A stretch of 59,777 bases of DNA, filler included. It is 5 parts of 5 records of this genome, joined end to end, with 100 filler letters (N's around TTAATTAATTAA, not from the genome) between each part and the next. Parts side by side here need not be neighbours in the genome. Positions count along the whole stretch, not along the records: positions 1 to 6,309 come from SRR22947727_2767; positions 6,410 to 28,287 come from SRR22947727_2770; 3 more parts are not named here. One strand, given 5' to 3'. A program made the translations under genes and the position numbers. The notes under the pieces are model-generated. The model ran no database searches and had not been told where the DNA came from. It saw only the letters and a list, made by a program, of their open reading frames with translations. Below, piece by piece: positions 1 through 8,633 of the stretch (position 1 is its first letter; the number at the start of each line of letters is the position of its first letter).

Positions 1-1044
1 TATGTAAGAGAAACACCTTGGTATAAAGATCAATATATTCAAATATGTGGGGTTGAATCCTTAGATTATATGCGTTTACATAAAAAATATAGTTGGGCAG
101 ATGAACCCTCAATGAGGTTAGATGCAATTGGAGAGAAATATGTTGGTATGAATAAAATTGAATATGAAGGTAATTTAGATGATTTATTTAATACTGATAT
201 CCAAAAATTCATTAGGTATAATTTTGTAGATGTTGAAATATTAAAATTATTAGATGAAAAATTAGATTATTTAGCTTTAACTAAAAATCTAGCTCACAAA
301 GGAAAACATAATTATAGTGAAGTATATGCTAATACTAAAACCCAAGATGGAGCAATTTCAGCTTATTTATTAAGTAAGAAAATAATACCACCTGCTAAAG
401 ATCGTAATCCTATTCATAAAAAGGGATATGCTGGTGGTTATTTATTTTGTCCCCAAGCTGGTTTATATAATTATATGTTTGATGAGGATTTAACATCCCT
501 ATACCCTTCAATTATTATGACTGTTAATATTGGTAAGGAAACAATGGTAGCTAGGATTATTGATGCTGATGACAGAAATAATAGATTAGGATTAAATGAT
601 TTAAAAGCTAAGGATCCTGAAGAAGAAATATTAATTGAAAATATTAAACGTAAACGTACTAAAGTCACTATAGGAGATCTAATTGGATTTATCGAATCTA
701 ATAAATGGGCTATATCGGCAAATGGTGTTATGTTTAGTACAAATCGTGAGTCAGTACTATCAACCATATTAAATAAATGGTTTGATGAAAGGGTATTATA
801 TAAAAATGAAATGAAAAAGGCCTATAAATCTGGTAATAAAGAATTAGGAGCTGCTTATCATATGAAACAATATACTATGAAAATTTTATTAAATAGTTTA
901 TATGGGGCTACTGCATTAGGTTCGTTTAGATACGGTAATGTAGTGTTATCTGAAGCCATTACCCTAAGTGGCCAGCGTATTATCCAAGAAAGTGCTTTAT
1001 GCGCTAATAGACACATGAATAAAGTAATTAAAGGTAAAATATGA
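1..1044 (+). CDS. Family B DNA polymerase, N-terminal subunit (exonuclease end, motifs A and B); 5'-truncated
   Basis: The frame is open from base 1 (YVRETPWYKDQ...). It carries ExoIII YNFVDV, motif A DEDLTSLYPSII and motif B KILLNSLYG, and stops at TGA 1042-1044 before motif C. Confidence 0.93.
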   Translation, partial: YVRETPWYKDQYIQICGVESLDYMRLHKKYSWADEPSMRLDAIGEKYVGMNKIEYEGNLDDLFNTDIQKFIRYNFVDVEILKLLDEKLDYLALTKNLAHKGKHNYSEVYANTKTQDGAISAYLLSKKIIPPAKDRNPIHKKGYAGGYLFCPQAGLYNYMFDEDLTSLYPSIIMTVNIGKETMVARIIDADDRNNRLGLNDLKAKDPEEEILIENIKRKRTKVTIGDLIGFIESNKWAISANGVMFSTNRESVLSTILNKWFDERVLYKNEMKKAYKSGNKELGAAYHMKQYTMKILLNSLYGATALGSFRYGNVVLSEAITLSGQRIIQESALCANRHMNKVIKGKI

Positions 1045-1970
1045 AACATTTAGAAGATACTCCGTGGTGGATTTGTGATCCAGGTGATACAAACTATTGT
1101 GCCTATGTTGATACAGACTCTAATTATTTTAATGCAGAACCCTTACTAAGACATTTGTACCCTAATTTTGATGAAATGTCAGATTCAGAACGAGATAGTG
1201 TTTTAGAAAAAGAAGCACTTAAATATCAAGATATTATAACTGAAGATTATGATAGATTAGCTAAAGATTGTTTTAATGTTTCTACCCACAGATTAGAGAT
1301 GAAAACTGAATGTGTAATTAGGTCAGCTTATTTTAGAGCTACAAGACGTTATGCACAATGGATTACTAAACAAGAAGGTATTGAAAATGAAACATTAGAT
1401 GTAAAAGGATTAGAATTTAAAAAAGCTAATTTCCCCCCTGTATTTGGTAAGTTTTTTAAAAGTTGTTTAGAACAAGTACTTAAAGGAGTACCTAAACATG
1501 AAATTGATTCTCAATTATTAGAATTTAGAAGACAAATATTAAGTGGTGAAATACCTATTGAGAAAATTGGTAACCCACAAGCAGTAAAAAAACTAAATAA
1601 ATTTACTGAACGTAAAGCTAGAGCTGGAGAAATGTTTTCTTCAATAGGTAAAGGAGCACCTGCAGCTGTTAAAGCAGCTATTATTTATAATGATTTATTA
1701 AGATTTTGGAAATTAGATAAAAAATATAATTATATTACACAGGGAGAGAAAATTAAATGGATTTATTTAAAAAATAATCCTTATAGAATTGAAGCAATTG
1801 CTTTCCTAGACTATGATATACCAAAAGAAATTCGTACATTTATCGAGAAGTATGCTGATAGGCAAAAAGTATTCGATAGTATATTATTAAACAAGTTAGA
1901 AGGATTTTACAATGATCTAGGTTGGTCATTAAGTTTAAATCCTCATAGAAATAAATTTTTTAATTTTTAA
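1041..1970 (+). CDS. Family B DNA polymerase, C-terminal subunit (motif C palm and thumb)
   Basis: It contains YVDTDS (motif C), RRYA and VKGLEF. Its ATG overlaps the upstream stop (ATGA). Confidence 0.92.
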   Translation: MKHLEDTPWWICDPGDTNYCAYVDTDSNYFNAEPLLRHLYPNFDEMSDSERDSVLEKEALKYQDIITEDYDRLAKDCFNVSTHRLEMKTECVIRSAYFRATRRYAQWITKQEGIENETLDVKGLEFKKANFPPVFGKFFKSCLEQVLKGVPKHEIDSQLLEFRRQILSGEIPIEKIGNPQAVKKLNKFTERKARAGEMFSSIGKGAPAAVKAAIIYNDLLRFWKLDKKYNYITQGEKIKWIYLKNNPYRIEAIAFLDYDIPKEIRTFIEKYADRQKVFDSILLNKLEGFYNDLGWSLSLNPHRNKFFNF

Positions 1971-1972
1971 TT

Positions 1973-2719
1973 ATGATAAATAAATCAAAGTTACAATCAA
2001 TAATATCTAAATATTATTTAAATGGGTTAGTACAATCCGTAAGATGGCTGACTAAAGAAAATAAATTAAGCATTAGTTTTACATCTGAAAATAAAGATAT
2101 AGCTGGAGATCTAGTATGTGATACTTCACCTGTAGAAGATAGTGAAATAGCAATATTTGATACAGCACAATTAAATAAATTAATATCAGTTACTAATGGT
2201 GAATTATTACTTACTCTAGAAAAAGAACATAAAGTATTTTCTAAATTACATATTCAAGATAATTCATTTAATGTAGCTTATTCCTTAGCAGATTCATTAT
2301 TAGTCCCAAAAAGGGGAACAATAAATTTTCCTACTGATTATGATGTTATAATAGAATTAACACCTGAAATTGTAAGTAATTTTATTAAAGCTAAAAGTGC
2401 ATTAACTGATATAAGTGATGTAATGATTAGTACTGAAGAAGATCCTGATAGAGGAACTATAGTACAATTTGCATTTGGGGATTTAAATAATTTTTCAAAT
2501 AAAATTAAATATATTGTAGATGAAAATATAACAATAAATAAAGAATTAAAATTACCTTTTAATTCAGATTCATTTAAAAATATATTAGCAGCAAATAAAG
2601 ATTTAGAAAGTGGTAAACTTTCATTAACTGAAGAAGGATTTATGAAATTAGAATTTCAATCAGAAGATATAAAGACTTTATACTATATGGTAAGAAAAGA
2701 AGATGCCACATATGTATAA
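1973..2719 (+). CDS. DNA polymerase sliding clamp (T4 gp45/PCNA-like)
   Basis: A 248-aa acidic beta-rich protein directly after polB, with a clamp-like C-terminus (GFMKLEFQSEDIKTLYYMV). A clamp loader lies in the same module. Confidence 0.75.
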   Translation: MINKSKLQSIISKYYLNGLVQSVRWLTKENKLSISFTSENKDIAGDLVCDTSPVEDSEIAIFDTAQLNKLISVTNGELLLTLEKEHKVFSKLHIQDNSFNVAYSLADSLLVPKRGTINFPTDYDVIIELTPEIVSNFIKAKSALTDISDVMISTEEDPDRGTIVQFAFGDLNNFSNKIKYIVDENITINKELKLPFNSDSFKNILAANKDLESGKLSLTEEGFMKLEFQSEDIKTLYYMVRKEDATYV

Positions 2720-2744
2720 TAAATTGACCTAAGGGCGCAAGTTT
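2719..2744 (+). promoter_or_regulatory. 5' arm of a long-range RNA stem enclosing hsp20
   Basis: ATAAATTGACCTAAGGGCGCAAGTTT can pair with 3221-3245 (24 pairs including 3 G-U, two small bulges). Confidence 0.65.
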
Positions 2745-2795
2745 TAAATTATTTATTAACCGCTGATCTAAATGACAGCATAAAAACAAAGTGAT

Positions 2796-3218
2796 ATGAG
2801 TACACATTTTTTAGAGAGATCACACCATCCGTTTGATCTATTATTTCGAAATTTATTCGATACAAACACCCAATTCGTTCCGGCTACAGAAGCCAAACAA
2901 CAATACCCAATTAATATTTTTGAAGATGATTTAGGTTTAACCTTTGAGTTAGCTTGTACAGGCATTCCAAAAGATGCTATTGAAATCAAGTTAGAAGGTG
3001 ACTTAATTACCTTTAATTATGATAAGGAGAAAACACCAGATTCTCCTTCCCGAAATTATATCCATAGAGGAATTGCAAAACGTTCTTTTAATCTAGGATA
3101 TAAAGTAGGAACTAAGTTCGATCTTAAAAAAGCTACAGCTAATTTTAATGATGGTTTACTAATTGTGACTATTCCATTTGCCAAAGAAGCTATGCCAAAA
3201 GTTTTGAAAATTAACTAA
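2796..3218 (+). CDS. Small heat shock protein (Hsp20/alpha-crystallin family)
   Basis: It contains YPINI, YIHRGIAKRSF and ANFNDGLLIVTIP, plus a C-terminal I/L-x-I motif (KVLKIN). Confidence 0.95.
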   Translation: MSTHFLERSHHPFDLLFRNLFDTNTQFVPATEAKQQYPINIFEDDLGLTFELACTGIPKDAIEIKLEGDLITFNYDKEKTPDSPSRNYIHRGIAKRSFNLGYKVGTKFDLKKATANFNDGLLIVTIPFAKEAMPKVLKIN

Positions 3219-3220
3219 CC

Positions 3221-3245
3221 AAACGCGCCCTTTAGGTTGGTTTAT
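3221..3245 (+). promoter_or_regulatory. 3' arm of the long-range stem enclosing hsp20
   Basis: AAACGCGCCCTTTAGGTTGGTTTAT starts 2 nt after the hsp20 stop and is complementary to 2719-2744. Confidence 0.65.
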
Positions 3246-3265
3246 CAAAATTTCCTTCGTATATT
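3237..3265 (+). promoter_or_regulatory. Putative promoter TTGGTT-N17-TATATT
   Basis: It has the same architecture and spacing as the motif at 5840-5868, and lies upstream of the hyp-groES-groEL genes. Confidence 0.55.
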
Positions 3266-3289
3266 ATACCATAATTAAAAAAAAGTTAT

Positions 3290-3586
3290 ATGACTATTAT
3301 TAGAGATGAGTTGCTAGAGCCTTATTTTATAGGCAAAGATGCGTATTGTTATACAGCATATGAAGTTATTACCCCACAGAAAAAATATTTAGCTAAAGGT
3401 AGTAAAGGTAAAAATTATGAAAAACCAATTGGCCATTATGCTGATTTTGGAAATGCCTTATTAGCTATTATGAAACATCAATTAAATGAAAAAAATAAAG
3501 AATATTCATCTATTCAGGAATATCTGGATAAATGGAATAACATTAAATCAAATTTAAATAACATTAAAGAAAAAATTGGAATATGA
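3290..3586 (+). CDS. Phage hypothetical protein (loosely DUF5405-like)
   Basis: A 98-aa ORF that overlaps groES (ATGA). The K-rich 'KGSKGKNYEKPIGHY' segment recalls DUF5405 phage proteins; this is unverified. Confidence 0.6.
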   Translation: MTIIRDELLEPYFIGKDAYCYTAYEVITPQKKYLAKGSKGKNYEKPIGHYADFGNALLAIMKHQLNEKNKEYSSIQEYLDKWNNIKSNLNNIKEKIGI

Positions 3587-3921
3587 ATTTAGAAGCATTA
3601 TTTAACGCTGTTATAGTTAAACCAATTGAGGCAGAAGAAACTAAGTATGGCTCAATTGTAGTTCCTGATATGGGAAAAGACGTAAATGAACATGGAGAAA
3701 TAATAGCAGTAGGACCTGGTCAACATACAATTTCAGGTACATTTATTGAAACCATGAGTAAAGTTGGAGATATAGTAATATTACCAACTCAAGGATTTAC
3801 AAAATTACAACATGATGGAGAAGATTATTATGTTGGTCCTGAAAATCAAATCTTAGCAAGAGTAAAAAAAGAAGTAGATTTTGAAAAAATATTAGAAGAA
3901 ACTGAACCATTAAACGAATAA
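3583..3921 (+). CDS. groES: Co-chaperonin GroES (phage-encoded)
   Basis: It has LEALFNAVIVKP, the mobile loop GSIVVPD, GEIIAVGPG and KVGDIV, and lies directly upstream of groEL. Confidence 0.93.
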   Translation: MNLEALFNAVIVKPIEAEETKYGSIVVPDMGKDVNEHGEIIAVGPGQHTISGTFIETMSKVGDIVILPTQGFTKLQHDGEDYYVGPENQILARVKKEVDFEKILEETEPLNE

Positions 3922-3923
3922 AA

Positions 3924-5564
3924 ATGAGTAAAATTATAGAATTTGGCCCTGAGGGTAGAGATAAATTAGTAAAAGGAATTGATACATTAGCTAATGCTGT
4001 GGTATCAACATTAGGTCCTAATGGAAGAAATGTAGTAATAGAAAGACCTAACCAATCACCTATATCGACTAAAGACGGAGTTACAGTAGCAAAACATATA
4101 GCTGTAAGTGATCCTGTTGAAAATTTAGGTGTAAATTTAGTTAGGGAAGCGTCAATTAAAACAGCAGATAAAGCTGGTGATGGTACAACTACATCAACTC
4201 TTTTAGCAAGAGAAATGATTAAAGATGGTTTACAACATTTAGCTAATGGAGCTAATGCTGTTGAAATTAAAAGAGGTATTGACACAGCAGTAAAAGAAGT
4301 AGTTAATAATTTAAGAGAAAATATATCAGAAGATATTTCAGATGAAAATCAATTAGAACAAATCGCAACTATTTCTGCTAATAATGATCCTGAAGTAGGT
4401 AAATTAATAGCTACTGCAATGGATAAAGTAGGTGTTGAAGGAGTAGTTCATATTGAAGAATCTAAAACGGGAGATACTTATTTAGAAACTGTTGAAGGTA
4501 TGCAATTTGATAGAGGATATTTATCACATTATTTTGTTACTAATAATAGTACAATGACTTGTACCTTAGAAGATCCTTATATTTTAGTACTTAATCAAAA
4601 ATTATCTCAAGTTAAAGATTTATTACCTATGTTAGAAGCAGTTTCTAATACTAATAAATCATTACTTATTATAGCTGAGGATGTTGACAGTGAAGCGTTA
4701 GCAACACTTATAGTAAATAAAGCTAGAGGTACCATTAAAGTAGCTGCAGTTAAAGCCCCTGATTTTGGTGATAGAAGAAAGTTAATCTTAGAAGATATAG
4801 CTTCAGTAACAGGGGGTCAAGTATTTGATAAGGATAAAGGAATGAAACTTGATAAATTTTCTTGGGAATGGTTTGGTGAAGCACGTACTGTAACTATTTC
4901 AAAAGAAAAAACAACTATTATTGATGGTAAAGGAAATGAAGAATCTGTTAAGCAAAGATTAGAAGAACTTACTACTCAAATTGATAAAGCTCAATCTAAT
5001 TTTGAAACTGAAAAATTACAAGAAAGATTAGCTAAAATGGCTGGAGGTGTTTCTATTATCCATGTTGGGGGTTATACTGAAACTGAAATGAATGAGAAAA
5101 AAGATAGAGTTGATGATGCTCTGCATGCTACTAAAGCTGCAATTGAAGAAGGTATTGTCCCTGGTGGTGGAGCTGCATTATTATATGCTAGAGAAGCAAT
5201 CCCAGCTTCCACCAAATGTAATAAATGTATAGGAGCTGACATAGTTTATAAATCGTGTGGTAAACCTTTTGAACAAATATTAGTTAATGCTGGTAAAGAT
5301 TCAGTTGAAGCCCAAATGATAGGCAAATATAATCTAGTAGATTCAGGTAATGATGTTTGGGCTGGGTATAATATTAAAACAGATCATATCACAGATATGA
5401 AAAAAGCAGGTATTATTGATCCAACGAAAGTAACTAGAACAGCATTAGAAAATGCAGCTGCTGTAGCAGGAACTGTACTACTTACAGAATGTATAGTTGT
5501 TGATGAACCCAAAGAAGATACTCCACAACCCCAAATGGATCCTTCAATGATGATGGGAATGTAA
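3924..5564 (+). CDS. groEL: Group I chaperonin GroEL (phage-encoded)
   Basis: It has TLGPNGRNV, TKDGVTVAK, AGDGTTT, EGMQFDRGY, GIVPGGG, IIDPTKV and a Met/Gly tail. Confidence 0.98.
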   Translation: MSKIIEFGPEGRDKLVKGIDTLANAVVSTLGPNGRNVVIERPNQSPISTKDGVTVAKHIAVSDPVENLGVNLVREASIKTADKAGDGTTTSTLLAREMIKDGLQHLANGANAVEIKRGIDTAVKEVVNNLRENISEDISDENQLEQIATISANNDPEVGKLIATAMDKVGVEGVVHIEESKTGDTYLETVEGMQFDRGYLSHYFVTNNSTMTCTLEDPYILVLNQKLSQVKDLLPMLEAVSNTNKSLLIIAEDVDSEALATLIVNKARGTIKVAAVKAPDFGDRRKLILEDIASVTGGQVFDKDKGMKLDKFSWEWFGEARTVTISKEKTTIIDGKGNEESVKQRLEELTTQIDKAQSNFETEKLQERLAKMAGGVSIIHVGGYTETEMNEKKDRVDDALHATKAAIEEGIVPGGGAALLYAREAIPASTKCNKCIGADIVYKSCGKPFEQILVNAGKDSVEAQMIGKYNLVDSGNDVWAGYNIKTDHITDMKKAGIIDPTKVTRTALENAAAVAGTVLLTECIVVDEPKEDTPQPQMDPSMMMGM

Positions 5565-5565
5565 T

Positions 5566-5838
5566 ATGGAAACAAAAGTAATAGAACATAATAAACTTAT
5601 TGCTACTAGAGTACCACCTGGAGACAAGTGGACTTTAGTAGATGATAAGAAAAAAGTAGTACATGAAACCCTAACTGATACTCTGGAAGCATATTTCAAA
5701 CTAACGGGTACACCCTGTGAATTTAGGTTAGCCCCTTTAGATAGTAAACTATATGCTATTGTAACTCATGAAGAAACAATAATCCCAGAAGAACCCAAGG
5801 AATTTAGTATGTACGGAGAATTTAGACAAGGCAAATAG
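5566..5838 (+). CDS. Phage hypothetical protein
   Basis: A 90-aa ORF starting 1 nt after the groEL stop, with the same AT-rich codon usage. Confidence 0.7.
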   Translation: METKVIEHNKLIATRVPPGDKWTLVDDKKKVVHETLTDTLEAYFKLTGTPCEFRLAPLDSKLYAIVTHEETIIPEEPKEFSMYGEFRQGK

Positions 5839-5839
5839 T

Positions 5840-5870
5840 TTGGAATCCACAATAAAAGTTATTATATTTA
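5840..5870 (+). promoter_or_regulatory. Putative promoter TTGGAA-N17-TATATT(TA), resembling the Bacteroidota TTTG...TAnnTTTG consensus
   Basis: TTTG at 5839-5842 and TATATTTA at 5863-5870 fill the short intergenic space before the clamp loader. Confidence 0.55.
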
Positions 5871-5874
5871 CCAT

Positions 5875-6309
5875 ATGAAAGAGCACAGTTTATTAGTTGA
5901 AAAATATAGACCTACTAACATAGATAATTATGTAGGTAATGAAAGTATTAAAAATACTATTAAAAGTTATATTGACCAAAATGATATTCAAAATTTATTA
6001 TTTTATGGTCCTGCAGGAACAGGTAAAACTACATTAGCTAAATTAATTGCTAAAAATATTGACTGTGATTTATTATATATTAATGCTTCTGATGAAAGAG
6101 GTATTGAAACTATTAGAGATAAAGTATCAGGATTTGCTAGCACAATGTCTTTTAAATCTTTGAAAATAGTTATCTTAGATGAAGCAGATTTTCTTACTAT
6201 AATGGCTCAGGCATCATTGAGAAATGTAATTGAAACATTTTCACGTTCAACTAGATTTATATTAACTTGCAATTATTTGGAACGTATTATTGATCCCTTA
6301 CAATCAAGA
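5875..6309 (+). CDS. Clamp loader AAA+ subunit (T4 gp44/RFC small subunit-like); 3'-truncated
   Basis: It has VEKYRP, Walker A GPAGTGKT, NASDERG, Walker B ILDEAD and LQSR, and is cut by the linker. Confidence 0.93.
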
Positions 6310-6409
6310 NNNNNNNNNNNNNNNNNNNNNNNNNNNNNNNNNNNNNNNNNNNNTTAATTAATTAANNNNNNNNNNNNNNNNNNNNNNNNNNNNNNNNNNN
6401 NNNNNNNNN
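6310..6409. other. Artificial contig linker
   Basis: N-run + TTAATTAATTAA (stops in all six frames) + N-run. Confidence 0.99.
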
Positions 6410-8180
6410 CGTCATCAAATAATAGGGTCGTTAAGGTTGATGCACGCACGTCATCCCCCTGCGTTCCGATCACCGACCTCAAGGTCTCGAAATGATCCGC
6501 GAATCGACCGACCTTGCCGCAAATCATCCCATCCGCATCACCATTACGCAGTATCATCGCCGCAATAATAGTGCTGTCTGTTCTCAGAAGAACACTGCTG
6601 CCCTCTACCGATATGCCGCCGCGTCCTGCAATGCTGTGAAAGTCTCGTGAGTACTCGTCGTACTTGTCATAGCTACGTGGATTAATGACGTCGACGTCTT
6701 CACCTAACTTGATTCTCAGTCCCAGTTCGTCGATCACTCCGTTTATTGCATCGGGACGACCCACTAAAATGGGTCGCGCGATAGCCTCATCCACCACCGT
6801 TTGCACGGCACGCAGGACGATCTCATTTTCGGCGTCTGAATAGACCAGTTTTAGACCACTGTTGGCAGCTGCATTGACAACGGGCTGCATAAACATTCCC
6901 GATCGTGTGACGTGTTTACTGAGGCTTCTCCGATACCCGTCAAGATCTTCGATAGGACGACTCGCTACGCCGGTTTTCATAGCCGCCTCAACAACCGCTA
7001 CCGGCACCCTCTCGAATAGGCGTGGGTCGAAAGGCTTGGGGATAATGTAATCGGGGCCGAACTTGAGTGATTGACCGTCGTAAGCTTGTGCAACCTCCTC
7101 CGACGCTTCTTGCTGGGCAAGATCGACCAGACCATACGCACAAGCAATCTTCATCTCGTCATTAATGGTGGTGGCACCGCAGTCCAGTGCGCCGCGGAAG
7201 AGGAATGGAAAACACAGCACGTTATTGACCTGATTCGGAAAGTCCGATCGCCCCGTGCCAATAATAGCGTCCGGACGCGCCTCGCGCGTTAGGTCCGGAT
7301 GAATTTCAGGATTGGGGTTTGCCATTGCCAGAATCAGCGGATTGGGCGCCATTTCTTTCACCATATCTTGTGTCACACAGTCACCGGTCGACAGGCCGAA
7401 GAAAATATCAGCTCCCACCATGGCCTCTGCCAATGTGCGCTTATCGGTCTTTCTCGCGTAGCGCTCTTTGAACTCGTTCATCCCGTCTTGGCGGCCTTCA
7501 TAAATGAGGCCCTTGCTGTCACACATCAATACATTTTCACGCTTGAGTCCCAGACTCACGATCAAGTCCGCGCAAGACATACTCGCTGATCCCGCACCAG
7601 AAATGACGAGCTTAACCTCTTCCATTTTTTTCCCGGTTAGTTTGAGCCAGGAGATCACAGCCGCTGTCGACACCACTGCAGTGCCGTGCTGATCGTCATG
7701 AAAAACCGGTATATTCATGCGCTCACGGAGCTGACGCTCGACGTAGAAGCACTCAGGCGCTTTGATGTCCTCAAGAATGATGCCGCCAAAAGTGGGTTCG
7801 AGCGCGGCGATAATATTGACCAACTTCTCCGGGTCTCTCTCATCAATCTCTAAATCGAAAGTATCGATATCCGAAAACTTTTTCATCAGAACGGCCTTAC
7901 CTTCCATGACCGGTTTGGATGCGAGCGCGCCGATAGCACCGAGACCCAATACAGCAGTGCCATTGCTGATGACAGCGACGAGATTTCCGCGCGCAGTCAC
8001 TTGCGATGCGTTTAACGGGTCTTCCACGATGTACTCACAGGCATGGGCAACACCGGGTGAATACGCCATTGACAGATCTGCCTGCGTTTCGAGCGGCGTA
8101 GTGGCTCTTACCTCCAGCTTCCCTGGCTTTCCCTCGATGTGGTACTTGAGGGATTCCTCTTTAAAGGTGGGCTTATCCAT
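6410..8180 (-). CDS. maeB: NADP-dependent malic enzyme with PTA-like domain; 3'-truncated
   Basis: It has [26 protein letters not shown] and [11 protein letters not shown]. The likely start is MDKPTF at 8180, with GGAG upstream. Confidence 0.95.
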
Positions 8181-8633
8181 CCGAGACTCCGCATTGTCAG
8201 TGTGTGATCGCGCCTTTTGCACTGTGACCCAGAAGGCGTCTCCGCCGCTTTTTCTAGCCACGGATCAAAACGCGCTAAGTGAAACACGAATTAACGCGCC
8301 AAATAGTGAAAGTTCTCCAGTCTGTGCACTTTTATCGTTAATGCTACGTCGCGCAGACCGTATTGGTTGTCGCGCATCGGGGGCCAATACGCGTTTTGAC
8401 TGATTAGCACTTCGAGAATCCAATTTGTCCGCATGGGCCGATGGCACATCCTCTGTTAACACGAGGCTCGGCAGTACTCGACAGGCACCGCAGATCCGCT
8501 AGGGCGGCCACAAGTCCCTCACTCGAATCAATCCATCATCATGAGGACCGTCAGCAGATAGCCCTGACGCGATCACCGCTCTATGATGACCCTAGTCAGG
8601 CGGGTTCCACCCGCAAAAACTGGGAGTTCAGTG

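Noticed and set aside
1020-1060. Intein, group I intron or programmed frameshift at the polB split
   Set aside because: There is no intervening sequence and no clear slippery heptamer, and an in-frame TAA lies just before ORF2.
2700-3930. CIRCE or sigma32 element ahead of hsp20/groES
   Set aside because: There is no TTAGCACTC-N9-GAGTGCTAA and no CTTGAA...CCCCAT.
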